Of a DNA stretch of 64,000 nucleotides, positions 17,355-27,968 are shown one piece after another. Source of the stretch: a bacterium (GTDB taxonomy: Bacteria; Patescibacteriota; Saccharimonadia; Saccharimonadales; SZUA-47); the NCBI GenBank assembly GCA_030428125.1, contig JAUIBF010000001.1, forward strand, positions 14,102 to 78,101. Direction: 5' to 3'. The notes below the pieces were generated by a model that was given only the letters and a program-made list of their open reading frames with translations, had not been told where the DNA came from and searched no databases. Made by a program: the position numbers and the translations under genes. Position 1 is the stretch's first letter. Each line of letters opens with the position of its first letter.

Positions 17355-19289
17355 ATGGACGAAGAAGACAAAAAGCCAGAAAATGTTCAGGAAAACGAAC
17401 CAGAAATGGCTGAAAAAACTAGCAAAAAAATAGAGGTTAACGATTTTTCTGAAGACGATGAAGTTGATGATAGGAAAAACGATTCGTCTGAAGGAAAAAC
17501 AGAAGACTCTTCTAGTGAAAACAATGATTTAACTAAAGAAGAAGTTGGCGAAAACAAAACCGTGGGCGAGGCTATTGATGAATCCGAGGCCGAGGAGGGC
17601 ACAAAAAGCCCCGAAGAAATTGACAAGGCAGTTGATGATATCGTTCGGACGGAGAGCGATGAAGCAATAGCAGAAGCCGACGCCAAACTACAAGCGCTAA
17701 AAGAATCTAAAGACAAGAAATCACTTAAAGACAAAATCAAAGGTGGATTTAGAGCATGGTGGGACAACAAGCCAATAAGGTATGGGACGTTTGCCGCACT
17801 GTTTATTTTGTTAGTTTCAGTTGCACTATTGCCAACAACTCGATACTCAATATTAAATCTATTTGGTGTTCGAGTATCTTCGTCGATGACAATAATTGAT
17901 TCACAAACTAGATTGCCACTTAAAAACATCAATGTGTCTATACAGGACAAAACTGCCCAGAGCGACGAAGATGGAAATGTTCAATTCAGTGACTTAAAGC
18001 TAGGCTCTAGTGAACTTAGTATTACTAAGATTGGATATGCTGATAATACACGTGAAATAGTCCTAGGCTGGGGCAGTAACCCAATTGGTGAACAAGAAAT
18101 TATCGCAACAGGCGAGCAGTTTACGTTCGTGCTAAGTGACTGGCAGAGTGAAAGTAAGATTACAGAAGCCGAAGCTACAGCTGGAGAAAATAGCGCAAAA
18201 GCTGACAGCGAAGGCAAGATTGTATTAACAGTCGGTCAAGAAGATATTTCCGAAGTTAAAATTACGGTTGAAGCGGAAAATTATCGTACAGAAGAGTTTA
18301 GCGCAAACGAAATATCTGATGAAGAAGTAGATCTTAAAATGGTTCCTTCGCGAAAACACACATTCGTGAGCAATAGATCAGGTGAGTATGACTTATACAA
18401 GATTGACCTAGACAAGCAAAACGAAGAAGTATTACTTGAATCTACCGGCAAAGAACGCGAAGTGCCCGTCATATTAGAACATCCAACAAAAAACCTAATT
18501 GCATTTGTCTCATCAAGGGATGGAGAAGAAAATTCGGATGGTTACGTACTCGACGGATTATTCGTAATAGACACAGACACAGGCGACACAGAACGTATCG
18601 CACGTTCAGAACAGTTGCAGCTTCTAGGTTGGTCAGGCGACAGTCTAGTGTTCTGGCAGGTTGTAGAAGGTACCAGTCGGGCGAATCCCGAAAGAAGTAA
18701 GATTATAAGTTACGATAAAAACACCACAGAACGTACAGAATTAGCTGCAGCGAATTATTTTAACGACATAGAGTTGGTCGGAGACACTGTCTACTACGCT
18801 GTATCTAGCTTTGCGGTGCCACAAAGCCAAGCCAAACTATACACAATTAAGGTTAATGGCGATGAAGGTAACCTCTTGATAGACAAACAAACTTGGAGTA
18901 TCTACCGAACAGCCTACAACAAATTGTTGTTTAATACTGATGATCAAAAATGGTATGAAAAGGTAGGGCAAGATGAGATAGCTGAAGTTGGCCAGCAGTC
19001 TTCTCCTCAGGCTCTCACGTTCGTAGATTCCCAAAATGGAGATAGCACAGCATGGGTAGAAGTTCGTGACGGCAAAGGAGTTTTGCTTAAATCAGTGACC
19101 GAAGAGATAAAAGACGAGCAAGTCGTTTCATTGCCCGGCTTAAGTCAAGTACTGTACTGGATAAACGACACCTCCCTAGTCTTTAGGGTGATTAGCAACA
19201 GTGAAACGGCTGACTATCTAGTAGACTTTACTAACAACGAACCTATCAAAATTACTGATGTGACTGCGACCCAGAATAAATATTTCTAA
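17355..19289 (+). CDS. Membrane-anchored protein: acidic N-terminus, TM segment, Ig/carboxypeptidase-regulatory-like repeats, TolB-like beta-propeller
   Basis: FVSNRSGEYDLY and IAFVSSRDG PD40-like repeats. Confidence 0.75.
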   Translation: MDEEDKKPENVQENEPEMAEKTSKKIEVNDFSEDDEVDDRKNDSSEGKTEDSSSENNDLTKEEVGENKTVGEAIDESEAEEGTKSPEEIDKAVDDIVRTESDEAIAEADAKLQALKESKDKKSLKDKIKGGFRAWWDNKPIRYGTFAALFILLVSVALLPTTRYSILNLFGVRVSSSMTIIDSQTRLPLKNINVSIQDKTAQSDEDGNVQFSDLKLGSSELSITKIGYADNTREIVLGWGSNPIGEQEIIATGEQFTFVLSDWQSESKITEAEATAGENSAKADSEGKIVLTVGQEDISEVKITVEAENYRTEEFSANEISDEEVDLKMVPSRKHTFVSNRSGEYDLYKIDLDKQNEEVLLESTGKEREVPVILEHPTKNLIAFVSSRDGEENSDGYVLDGLFVIDTDTGDTERIARSEQLQLLGWSGDSLVFWQVVEGTSRANPERSKIISYDKNTTERTELAAANYFNDIELVGDTVYYAVSSFAVPQSQAKLYTIKVNGDEGNLLIDKQTWSIYRTAYNKLLFNTDDQKWYEKVGQDEIAEVGQQSSPQALTFVDSQNGDSTAWVEVRDGKGVLLKSVTEEIKDEQVVSLPGLSQVLYWINDTSLVFRVISNSETADYLVDFTNNEPIKITDVTATQNKYF

Positions 19290-19365
19290 GAGTTATAGGC
19301 ATAAGAAGTATGATACAATTTTCTTATTAGTATTTATGTCTTAATAGATAAGAAAAAGAGGTGGA

Positions 19366-19995
19366 ATGAAAAAAACATTGATAAGTCTAGTTCTGGTTTT
19401 AAGTTTGACTACACTTCCGGGTGTTGTGCATGCTCAAGACACATCCCAGGCACCAGAAGAGTCATCGTCTCCTGAACTCACAGACGAAGAAACGAGCAGT
19501 GACGGGGCAGGTCGAAGAGCTGAAAGGTTACAAAAATATAAAGACAGACTTGCTGTTCGACTGTCAGCTAACGAAGAGCGAGTGTTGAGAAATTCATGTA
19601 CTGCAGCCCAAGAAATGGTTGCAAAAGTGTCTAATAGAGTTGCTAGAGTTAGAGAGAATCGCGAAGAATCATACGCAACTATAAGTGAAAGACTTAATGA
19701 TCTTGTGGTTAAAGTTGAGATTGCAGGTGTGGATGCTACTTCACTAAATGACGCTATTGTTACTATGGAATCAGAGGTAAGCATATTTAAAGCTACTCTA
19801 GATGAATACGAAACAATACTAAGTGATCTAGCCGAGATGGATTGTGAAAGCGATCCTCAAGCTTTTAGAGCAGCTTTGTCTGCTGCAAAGCAACACAGAG
19901 TGACATTAGTTAGTTCATCACAAGGTATAAGACAGTATTTTGACAATACCATTAAACCAATACTACAACAACTAAGAGAAGATCTATCAACTTAA
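19366..19995 (+). CDS. Secreted helical hypothetical protein
   Basis: Signal peptide ending VHA; coiled-coil body. Confidence 0.75.
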   Translation: MKKTLISLVLVLSLTTLPGVVHAQDTSQAPEESSSPELTDEETSSDGAGRRAERLQKYKDRLAVRLSANEERVLRNSCTAAQEMVAKVSNRVARVRENREESYATISERLNDLVVKVEIAGVDATSLNDAIVTMESEVSIFKATLDEYETILSDLAEMDCESDPQAFRAALSAAKQHRVTLVSSSQGIRQYFDNTIKPILQQLREDLST

Positions 19996-20009
19996 AAACA
20001 GGGGTATAA

Positions 20010-20759
20010 ATGGACGAGCAAAAAGACACAGAGGATATGGTGGTAGGAAGTGACGGGTCTATGAATGATGCGTCTTCATCAGAGCCACAAAAGGTGGAAG
20101 TTAAAGTAAATTCATCTGAAGAACAAGGGCAAGCACAGACACAAAGTGAGCCTCTAAATGAAGTTATGCCACCACCCGCAGCTGAATCCACAGAAGATAC
20201 TGTAGACACAGAGCCAATGGTTAAAGAGGAGCCTAACAATTCCGGGACTAGCGAAGCCGCAGAAGTTAAACAGCCCCCATCTGAGGAAGGGTCTACAACT
20301 GAACAGCCTGCAAGTTCTGTAGACTTAAATGCACTAGCTGAAAAAGAAGAAAAACCAGTAGAATCAGTAGCTATCGGAGAGAGTACAGTAGCTCCGGCAG
20401 TAGCTAGTAAGGACAACACTACCGAAAAAGTCGCACCAGAAGCTCCGGCGTCTAAAAAGCCACACGAACACAGAAATAATAAAAAATTTGCAGTGTTAGT
20501 GACGGTTGTCGTAGCTCTTTTACTTGCTGGTGGAGCAGTATTTATGTACATTTCGACTCAAAACAATACCCAGGAATCGGAGAGAAGTTCAAACCAATCA
20601 TCCAACACTGAGGAATTAACCCCAACAGATGACGCTCCAGCGACAACTGATGACGTAGACCAAGCAGCTCAGGACGCCGAAGAAGCTATCAACGCTCTTG
20701 ATGACGCATCTGATTTTAGTGAAGACGAATTGTCCGACCAAAATTTAGGCATTGAATAG
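20010..20759 (+). CDS. Acidic low-complexity protein with one TM segment
   Basis: E/S/P/T-rich ORF with RBS. Confidence 0.7.
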   Translation: MDEQKDTEDMVVGSDGSMNDASSSEPQKVEVKVNSSEEQGQAQTQSEPLNEVMPPPAAESTEDTVDTEPMVKEEPNNSGTSEAAEVKQPPSEEGSTTEQPASSVDLNALAEKEEKPVESVAIGESTVAPAVASKDNTTEKVAPEAPASKKPHEHRNNKKFAVLVTVVVALLLAGGAVFMYISTQNNTQESERSSNQSSNTEELTPTDDAPATTDDVDQAAQDAEEAINALDDASDFSEDELSDQNLGIE

Positions 20760-21320
20760 TTTGTTCTCTATCCACGGTAGTACATCAGTAAATACAGAGG
20801 AGTCGTTGTTGACGGTAAAAATCTTTCCTTCATTTGAGATTAGTTTAGAATTGGATTTTAGATCTTGAATATCCCTCTGAATAAAATCAATTCTTTTATT
20901 GATTGTTTCTATATTATCTCCACGTCGTTTCATCCGGTCGATAAGTAAGCTTTCATAATTATCAGGTGGTTGCATCCCAATCAACAAACAATTTTTTATC
21001 TCAGCAAACTGGGGTGTTAACGCGGGCCATGCATTTATAAGGATATGGTTTTCAGTAACTCTTAAGGCGCCGCTTGTATATCCATATCTATTTCCGGCAA
21101 AGTTTCCATATACAGCAAACTCTCCATTCTCAACCATGTCAGCAAATTTTTCTTTTGTGACAGTTATTCTATCACTCATAGTTTCGTTAATACGTTTCAG
21201 TCTTGTTGTATATAATTTTGGTTGCTCAAATGATTCTGGATGTTCTTTAATTAACTCATTAGCGGCAAAAGTCTTGCCTATTGCAGAAGGACCGATAAAT
21301 ACTACTAACATCTTAGCCAC
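20745..21320 (-). CDS. gmk: Guanylate kinase-like protein
   Basis: GPSAIGKT P-loop, YTTRLKR, GNRYG. Confidence 0.75.
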   Translation of the reverse strand: MAKMLVVFIGPSAIGKTFAANELIKEHPESFEQPKLYTTRLKRINETMSDRITVTKEKFADMVENGEFAVYGNFAGNRYGYTSGALRVTENHILINAWPALTPQFAEIKNCLLIGMQPPDNYESLLIDRMKRRGDNIETINKRIDFIQRDIQDLKSNSKLISNEGKIFTVNNDSSVFTDVLPWIENKLFNA

Positions 21321-21357
21321 ATAACTATTCTACTAGAAATGGTATAATTATTTAAAG

Positions 21358-22044
21358 ATGTCAAATAGCATATCAGTAGAAGCGCTTAATGCCCCGTTTA
21401 ATGTTGACGAATATCACAGACAGTCAGAATTAGCACAAAAAGCAGGTCGTACGTTGCTCAAAATGGGTGTAATGATGTGGATCCAGTACGAAGATAGACT
21501 ACTGGTTCTTAAGCATGAGGCTAGAGATGGACTGTGGCGGCAAGGTGCTTTAGGTCCTTCTATGGAGACCGCAAGGTATCTTGAAGGAGACTTTGCGCAC
21601 TTAGTTTGCGAAAGTCCAATGCAAGCTTGGCAGAGGTCTTTGGATGAGGAGTTAGGTATGGACGCCAATGATGTATCCGACGCGGGCTTCTTTTTGACAA
21701 AAGGATATGTCGCAGTAAGGAATAACTGGAACGTAGGTAGGCTAAATGGTTATGATGACGCATTTTACTCTGGCATAAGCGTTGCTGTAGGAGTAGAGAA
21801 CCCGGATGTTATCGGAAATGCACTGAGAAGACGTGGAGGAAGAACTGAAGAGGTAATTGGTTTTGATTTTGTACTTCCCTCAAGTGTTTTAGGTTCAGAA
21901 AACACAAGACCAGGCTTTATACCGTGGACTGAAGAAATGATGACACAATACGGACTAGGAAAATCAGGCCTCGAAAGACAACTTTATATAGAGCCCGTAC
22001 CATTACCTACTGAACTAGGTAAAGACGTAAGGTTCGCAGACTAG
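21358..22044 (+). CDS. Hypothetical protein, possibly a divergent NUDIX fold
   Basis: ESPMQAWQRSLDEELGM resembles a Nudix box; own TATAAT promoter. Confidence 0.5.
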   Translation: MSNSISVEALNAPFNVDEYHRQSELAQKAGRTLLKMGVMMWIQYEDRLLVLKHEARDGLWRQGALGPSMETARYLEGDFAHLVCESPMQAWQRSLDEELGMDANDVSDAGFFLTKGYVAVRNNWNVGRLNGYDDAFYSGISVAVGVENPDVIGNALRRRGGRTEEVIGFDFVLPSSVLGSENTRPGFIPWTEEMMTQYGLGKSGLERQLYIEPVPLPTELGKDVRFAD

Positions 22045-22046
22045 AT

Positions 22047-22946
22047 CTACTTTTTAGATTTTGGTTTTGGGGCTTCGTGAATGACATGTTGAGGGAACGG
22101 TATTTCAATACCATTTTTGTTAAAGGCAACCTTAAGCCTTTTTCTAAGTTCCCCAGTTACATCCCATTGTTCCATAGCTTGAGTCTTGCCAGTAATCTTT
22201 ACTACTATTGCTGAATCGGCGAAGTCATCTACTCTAAGCATTCTAGGAGCTTCTATAATGCCGTCTTTCCACTCACTATCTTCACCTAAGAGTTCGCCAA
22301 CTTCATTTATGACTTTTTCCAGTTTTTCTAGGTCAGTATCGTAGCCTACACCAATGTCCAAATTAACGTTCGCGTACTCCATGGTCATATTTGTTGCCAC
22401 TTTTATTTCTCCGTTGGGGACGTGGTGCACCATGCCGTCTAAGTCTCTCAGTACGGTTTCTCGCAAGGTTACTCTCTCAACTACACCTGATACTGTTTGG
22501 TTTAATTCCACTACGTCTCCGACCCGGTATTGATTTTCAGCCAAAATGAAGAATCCAGATAGAAAATCTTCGACCATAGACTGTGCACCGAATCCTAGTG
22601 CGACACCAGCTATGCCCGCACCAGCGAGTAAAGGCCCAATGTTTATCCCTGCTTCTGCCATCAATAATAAGCCAGCAATAACCCATATTACTGCTCTAAT
22701 TCCTGCATTTGCAGTAGAAAGTAAAGTGTCTTCACGGAGTTTTTCGTCACGTTTTGTCTTAAAATGTTCTGGCCTTATAGCTCTTCTAATTAGCTTTCGT
22801 ACTGCAATCATGGCAAAGTGGTGTGCTATCACAGCGCCTAGGATAATAAACCCGATAGCTGCAGCATGACTTAACGCTTGCTCTAAGAAGCTAGGGTCGG
22901 TTTCAGTTCCTGTTTGAGCAAAAATTCCTAAAAAGCTGTAGTACAT
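22047..22946 (-). CDS. mscS: Small-conductance mechanosensitive channel family protein
   Basis: AGAGIAGVALGFGAQ, ENQYRVGD, VPNG, GIEIPFP; start revised to ATG 22946. Confidence 0.9.
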   Translation of the reverse strand: MYYSFLGIFAQTGTETDPSFLEQALSHAAAIGFIILGAVIAHHFAMIAVRKLIRRAIRPEHFKTKRDEKLREDTLLSTANAGIRAVIWVIAGLLLMAEAGINIGPLLAGAGIAGVALGFGAQSMVEDFLSGFFILAENQYRVGDVVELNQTVSGVVERVTLRETVLRDLDGMVHHVPNGEIKVATNMTMEYANVNLDIGVGYDTDLEKLEKVINEVGELLGEDSEWKDGIIEAPRMLRVDDFADSAIVVKITGKTQAMEQWDVTGELRKRLKVAFNKNGIEIPFPQHVIHEAPKPKSKK

Positions 22947-23004
22947 AAACAATAGTATAACAACAGGCCTGTTATGATGGTAGTAAGAAATAGAGGGGAA
23001 ATTT

Positions 23005-23352
23005 ATGAATTTCAACGAATACCAAAGACAAGCAAAAACAACCGAGCTTATGGACCGGTCAGAGCAACTATCGGCAAATGATCCAGCTATGATCGCGAAG
23101 ATACTGGGCTTAGTTGGTGAAGCAGGTGAAGTTGCAGAAAAGTTCAAAAAAATCGTACGCGACAGAGAAGGCGTCATAACTGACGAAGACAAACTAGATA
23201 TACGTAAGGAGTTAGGTGACGTACTCTGGTATATCAGCGCCCTTGCTGATTATTTGGACTTACCACTGGATGAGGTTGCAGAAAAAAACCTAGAAAAATT
23301 ATTTGACAGAAAATCTCGAGGCGCTCAAAGGGGAAGTGGAGATGATAGATGA
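23005..23352 (+). CDS. MazG-like nucleotide pyrophosphohydrolase
   Basis: GEAGEVAEK..ELGDVLWY. Confidence 0.9.
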   Translation: MNFNEYQRQAKTTELMDRSEQLSANDPAMIAKILGLVGEAGEVAEKFKKIVRDREGVITDEDKLDIRKELGDVLWYISALADYLDLPLDEVAEKNLEKLFDRKSRGAQRGSGDDR

Positions 23353-23819
23353 TATTCGATAACAAATATCCAGAGGTAGCTCGTCCTTATACTGCTAGTT
23401 TTGTGATTTTACGTGATGGAACAAAAATAGCCATGGTGCTAAGAAAAAATACTGGCTGGATGGACGGCTACTACGGGCTTCCGGCTGGTAAAGGAGAGTG
23501 GTTTGAACCGTTTTCAGTTGGCGCTGTTCGAGAAGCGAAAGAAGAGTCCGGAGTCGATATTAAGTTAGAAAACCTAAAACCATTACACGTTGTACATAGA
23601 CACGGAAGTGACAGCGAAGGAAAGTTTATTGACTGGGTGGATGTTTACTTTGAAGCTGAGAAGTGGGAAGGTGAGCCTCACAATGCTGAGGAGGAAAAAT
23701 CGGAGAGATTAGACTGGATAGATCTAGGAGACTTGCCAGAGAATATTGTCCCGCCACAACGCGCTGCATTGGAAGAAATTGAAAAAGGGAATATGTATAG
23801 TGAGTATGGTTGGGAATAA
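23349..23819 (+). CDS. NUDIX hydrolase
   Basis: G..E.....AVREAKEESG Nudix box. Confidence 0.9.
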   Translation: MIFDNKYPEVARPYTASFVILRDGTKIAMVLRKNTGWMDGYYGLPAGKGEWFEPFSVGAVREAKEESGVDIKLENLKPLHVVHRHGSDSEGKFIDWVDVYFEAEKWEGEPHNAEEEKSERLDWIDLGDLPENIVPPQRAALEEIEKGNMYSEYGWE

Positions 23820-24054
23820 TTGGGTAGAGAAAGACGGCAAACTTTATAACAGATATGAATTTTCGGATTTTGCAACTGCGTTGCAATTTGCGAATGTAAT
23901 TGGGAGGCTGGCTGAATCAGCAAATCACCATCCCGATATTTCCATTGGCTGGGGTTATGTTGAAGTCAATCTGTTCACTCATTCAGAGAATGCCATTACC
24001 GAAAAAGACAAAGAACTATCCCGTAATATCTCCAAGGCATACAATAGTAAATAA
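23806..24054 (+). CDS. Pterin-4a-carbinolamine dehydratase
   Basis: AESANHHPDI, THS..ITEKD; start revised to 23806. Confidence 0.9.
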   Translation: MVGNNWVEKDGKLYNRYEFSDFATALQFANVIGRLAESANHHPDISIGWGYVEVNLFTHSENAITEKDKELSRNISKAYNSK

Positions 24055-24084
24055 TTCTAAAAAGTTGTATAATAACCTAAACTT

Positions 24085-24663
24085 ATGAGTGAATTTAGGT
24101 CTATAGCAATTGGTGGATATCCCGGATCAGGAAAAACAGTTCTTGCAGAGCGCTTGGCTGATCACGGCTTCCAAGTATTTACAGGCAGTACAATTTTGAG
24201 GAAGGAAGCAGAAAAAACTGGATTCGAGAGCGATGGTTCCAGGGATGGATATATTGAGTACTGGAGTAGAGTCTCCGAAGAAAGAGGCAGAAACTGGTTA
24301 GCGCTAAGTGCAATAGAAATGGCTGACGGAAAACCATTTGTTTACGATGGCCTTAGAGTGAAGGAAGATGCAGAAACACTGCAGGGACATGATGTACTAA
24401 TTGCCTTTATCGAGTTCGATCCCGTTGAGGCGTTAAGGAAAATAAACGCACGAAAAAGAGGAGATGATGAGGGAATACTGAGCTTGAGTGGACTACTCAA
24501 TCGACTCGAGGTTGAAGATAATGACGATCCCTTCAGTCAGCATTACATCAGAGATATAAGTGGAGTACTTTTGCCTGCAATACCGTTTATCGAAAATCCA
24601 GACATTCGAAAAGCCCGAATAGACTTGTCTGCTAGAGTGTTGGTTGTTATGGCAAGAAATTAG
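24085..24663 (+). CDS. P-loop nucleotide kinase-like protein (NMP/dephospho-CoA kinase fold)
   Basis: GYPGSGKT and DGLR. Confidence 0.7.
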   Translation: MSEFRSIAIGGYPGSGKTVLAERLADHGFQVFTGSTILRKEAEKTGFESDGSRDGYIEYWSRVSEERGRNWLALSAIEMADGKPFVYDGLRVKEDAETLQGHDVLIAFIEFDPVEALRKINARKRGDDEGILSLSGLLNRLEVEDNDDPFSQHYIRDISGVLLPAIPFIENPDIRKARIDLSARVLVVMARN

Positions 24664-25424
24664 TTAACTAGATCAAATTCAAGTATCAAAGCTTTATGGT
24701 CTGACACAAGAATATTCGAAGTGAAAAAATCTAGCACTTTTATGTCATCGTTAACAAAAATATAATCGATAACTTCTTCTCGCTTAGCTAGTTCTGTTCT
24801 GGTTGTTTTCAACTTAAATTCAGTAGGTAAGTTTCTTAAGGTTTTGTGAATTGGTTCCAGGGATTTGCTATTTGGATGTAGATTAAAGTCTCCGGTTAAT
24901 ATAATAGGCCCATCAAGCTTGTCAATGTAATCCGTTAACTTTAGTATTTGTTCTGTATTCTCAACACTACCATCTTTCCCATGAGGGCTGTGATGTCCGT
25001 GATGAGTCAAAACATTTATCAAACCCTTGTCGGTTTTTATTGTGGCATGCACGAAGTTTCGATTGTTGTAGTCATCAGAATCGACAGAATCAATATCCTC
25101 CATGAAATGGTTTTTAACAAATTCTATGTATTCTGATTCAATTTTAAATTTAGACACTACAGCATTGCCTAAACCCGCTAGCTCATGCATGTACCTATAA
25201 CTAAAGGCCGGAGCAAAAATATCGTATGGATAATCTGCCTCTGGTAAAAATTTTCTGTATGGATCCAGTACAGAACCGGGTCGTTCAGCTAAATCTGTGG
25301 CTTCCCCCAGGCACACTATATCCGGTTTTTCTTCAGCTATCAGTCGTTGCAGTTGCGTGCCTAGTTTTCCACCCCAGCAATTTAACTGCATTAACTTCAC
25401 TTTGCAAACTTCTTCCTTAACCAT
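24660..25424 (-). CDS. Endonuclease/exonuclease/phosphatase family protein
   Basis: PDIVCL.E, TGDFN, IDYIF, SDH. Confidence 0.9.
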   Translation of the reverse strand: MVKEEVCKVKLMQLNCWGGKLGTQLQRLIAEEKPDIVCLGEATDLAERPGSVLDPYRKFLPEADYPYDIFAPAFSYRYMHELAGLGNAVVSKFKIESEYIEFVKNHFMEDIDSVDSDDYNNRNFVHATIKTDKGLINVLTHHGHHSPHGKDGSVENTEQILKLTDYIDKLDGPIILTGDFNLHPNSKSLEPIHKTLRNLPTEFKLKTTRTELAKREEVIDYIFVNDDIKVLDFFTSNILVSDHKALILEFDLVN

Positions 25425-26683
25425 TCATCTAAACTGCCACCACCTCCAGCAGTCAGACACAGCACTAGGTCCCCGTGTTTGGCATGGTCTTTTATAACGT
25501 GTTCCAGGGCGTCATCTAGCTGTCCTGGCTCGCACACCTGAGGTTTTCTAGTTATGTCGCATAGTTTTTGTGGAGTAAGCATTTCTAAAGATTTATCTTC
25601 GCGTGCCAGGTAGCTAGGAACGATAAATAATTTTTTAGTACCTGCAAAAAGATGTTCTAATTCATTTTTAATAAAATGCTGTCTGGTATTATGCAGTCCT
25701 TCATAGACTACAACTACATTATCTCCCGCTACTTCTCGGGCAAGCTGTAATGCTCCACGAATTTTTTCTGGAGTATGCGCGTAATCAGTGTAGATATTTT
25801 TGGATATCATTTCAAATCTCCTGGATACGCCAGGAAATTTATTAATTATTTCTACGCCTTTTTTGTAGTCGCATAGCCCAAGCTTCTCTGCAGCAACGAC
25901 AATGGCATGCGCGTTTTCTCGATTAACCAAGCCAGGTAATTTAAGTGCTTTCAGGTCTGCAGAAGAGGCTAAAACTGTTGTAGAACTATCTTCGGTTAGT
26001 CCTAGTCTGTGCGCATCTTTTTCCCATAAAACGACTTTCTCAGACTGTTCAAAAAACTGCTTAAACGCTAACTGGTATTCTTCCTCCGTTGGGTATACAT
26101 CCGGATGGTCATAAGCAACGCCCGGTATTACAGAAATTGCAGGGGAAAAGCTCAAAAAATTCCTATCGTACTCATCTGCTTCATAAACAAAATACTCCGC
26201 TTTGGGGTCGTACTCACCAGAATCTACAAAGGATAGTTTAGCTCCTACCGATAAACTAACCGGCACCCCTAGTTGCTTAAACAGCCAGATCATCATGGAT
26301 GTAGATGTAGTTTTGCCATGAGTTCCTGCTATTGCTATCATTTTTTGACCGGTATCTTGCAGTAAAGCATTCAAAAAGTCGTCTCTTTTGGAATTCTTGA
26401 TTCCGTGTTCACGGGCAAACTCTAATTCGGCATGATTTGGATTTTCTTTAGGCACTGCAGAGGAGTAAACAATCCAGTCAATAGGACTGTTCTGATTTAC
26501 AGCCTCAATTTGATCCCATTCTTGACCTATGTGGATATTAGTTATCCCATGGTTTATCAGGTACTCTATGTAGCTACTATCTTGTTTATCGGATCCAGAA
26601 ACCTTATATCCGGCTTTATGTGCGATTAGTGCTAGTGGTCCAATACCAGCACCACCAATACCTGAGAAATATATGTGCTTCAT
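25397..26683 (-). CDS. murC: UDP-N-acetylmuramate--L-alanine ligase (MurC/Mpl-like)
   Basis: GIGGAG, AGTHGKTTS, EADEYD, DYAH. Confidence 0.85.
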   Translation of the reverse strand: MKHIYFSGIGGAGIGPLALIAHKAGYKVSGSDKQDSSYIEYLINHGITNIHIGQEWDQIEAVNQNSPIDWIVYSSAVPKENPNHAELEFAREHGIKNSKRDDFLNALLQDTGQKMIAIAGTHGKTTSTSMMIWLFKQLGVPVSLSVGAKLSFVDSGEYDPKAEYFVYEADEYDRNFLSFSPAISVIPGVAYDHPDVYPTEEEYQLAFKQFFEQSEKVVLWEKDAHRLGLTEDSSTTVLASSADLKALKLPGLVNRENAHAIVVAAEKLGLCDYKKGVEIINKFPGVSRRFEMISKNIYTDYAHTPEKIRGALQLAREVAGDNVVVVYEGLHNTRQHFIKNELEHLFAGTKKLFIVPSYLAREDKSLEMLTPQKLCDITRKPQVCEPGQLDDALEHVIKDHAKHGDLVLCLTAGGGGSLDEWLRKKFAK

Positions 26684-26749
26684 TAATCTATAGTCTACCC
26701 CGTAAATGTTAAGTTTGCTATAGTAAACCCATAGTAGGGCAAAACAAAA

Positions 26750-27958
26750 ATGATAAACAAATTAATACATAATATCGCTAGACCACATCATCCATGGCGT
26801 ACTATGAAATTCGACGAGCTTGCCGAAATTTATACCAGTATGACTCTCAGGTCGCTAGGATTTGGAATTATTGGTATCTTTGTTCCGGTTTTTCTTTATA
26901 AGAACGGTGTAGACTTACAGGATATTTTCTATTTCTACGCGCTGTTTTTTCTGTTGCGGGTACCAGTATCTTACGCAACTGCTTTTATAGTTGGGCGTAT
27001 TGGCCCAAAGCATACAATTGCGATAAGTACAGTAATTTTTGTAGTATTCTTAAGTTTACTTTTGACTTTTGAGATTTATGACTGGCCACTTGGGTTAATG
27101 GCCCTATTTTTTACGATAGCAAATGGGATGTTTTTTGTAGCTTACAATACAGATTTTTCTAAGGTTAATCATAAAAAACATGGAGGCAAGGAGCTCGGGT
27201 GGTTATATATTTTTGAACGGGCTGGGTACGCTCTAGGTCCATTTGTCGGTGGCCTAATAGCAAGTTTCATTGCGCCCGAGCTTACCATAGTTGTTGCTGT
27301 TTTGGTCATGATAGGATCACTAATTCCACTTTTTATGACCAACGAACCTGTTAAATTGCATCAAAAAATTGACTTTAAGGGATTCAAACCTCTTCGTTAT
27401 CGTTCAAACTTTATTTCGTTAGCAGCATTTAATATTGAAAATGTCGCGTCGACCATTATGTGGCCACTATTAGTTGCAGTATTCATATTTGTCGATGACA
27501 CTTACGCAAAACTGGGTGCTGTAATAGGGCTAGGAATGGTAATTTCTATATTTAGCGCCAGAATGTTCGGAAAATTTATAGACAACAAAAAAGGGTTATT
27601 TCTACTTCAGTACGGTGTAATTATGGACTCAGTTTTACATACAATCAGGCCGTTCATCACTACAGGTGCCGGTGCAATCGCAGTTAGTGTCTCTAACGAG
27701 CCAATTACCTTGTCTTACAAAATGCCTCTAGTAAAGGGCTGGTACGACCAAGCCGATTCGATAGAAGGCTACAGAATTGTTTACCTCACATGGTCTGAAA
27801 TGATAACAGGATTTTCTAAGGGAGCTTATTGTTTAGCATTATTTATTGCTTGTTATTTCTGGGACCCACTAACCGTACTAAGAAATAACTTTTTCATAGT
27901 TGCACTAATTGCGCTCTTGATGTTCTTGCAAAAATTCCCAGCGCTAAAAAAGGTATAA
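26750..27958 (+). CDS. MFS transporter
   Basis: About 12 TM segments; GRIGPK loop motif. Confidence 0.8.
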   Translation: MINKLIHNIARPHHPWRTMKFDELAEIYTSMTLRSLGFGIIGIFVPVFLYKNGVDLQDIFYFYALFFLLRVPVSYATAFIVGRIGPKHTIAISTVIFVVFLSLLLTFEIYDWPLGLMALFFTIANGMFFVAYNTDFSKVNHKKHGGKELGWLYIFERAGYALGPFVGGLIASFIAPELTIVVAVLVMIGSLIPLFMTNEPVKLHQKIDFKGFKPLRYRSNFISLAAFNIENVASTIMWPLLVAVFIFVDDTYAKLGAVIGLGMVISIFSARMFGKFIDNKKGLFLLQYGVIMDSVLHTIRPFITTGAGAIAVSVSNEPITLSYKMPLVKGWYDQADSIEGYRIVYLTWSEMITGFSKGAYCLALFIACYFWDPLTVLRNNFFIVALIALLMFLQKFPALKKV

Positions 27959-27968
27959 TGCATTACAT

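Noticed and set aside
17387..20551. Long Ser-rich minus-strand ORFs
   Set aside because: Antisense shadows of Glu/Asp-rich plus-strand genes.
22947..23192. N-terminal extension of the MscS ORF
   Set aside because: It overlaps the divergent MazG-like gene; ATG 22946 is the more plausible start.
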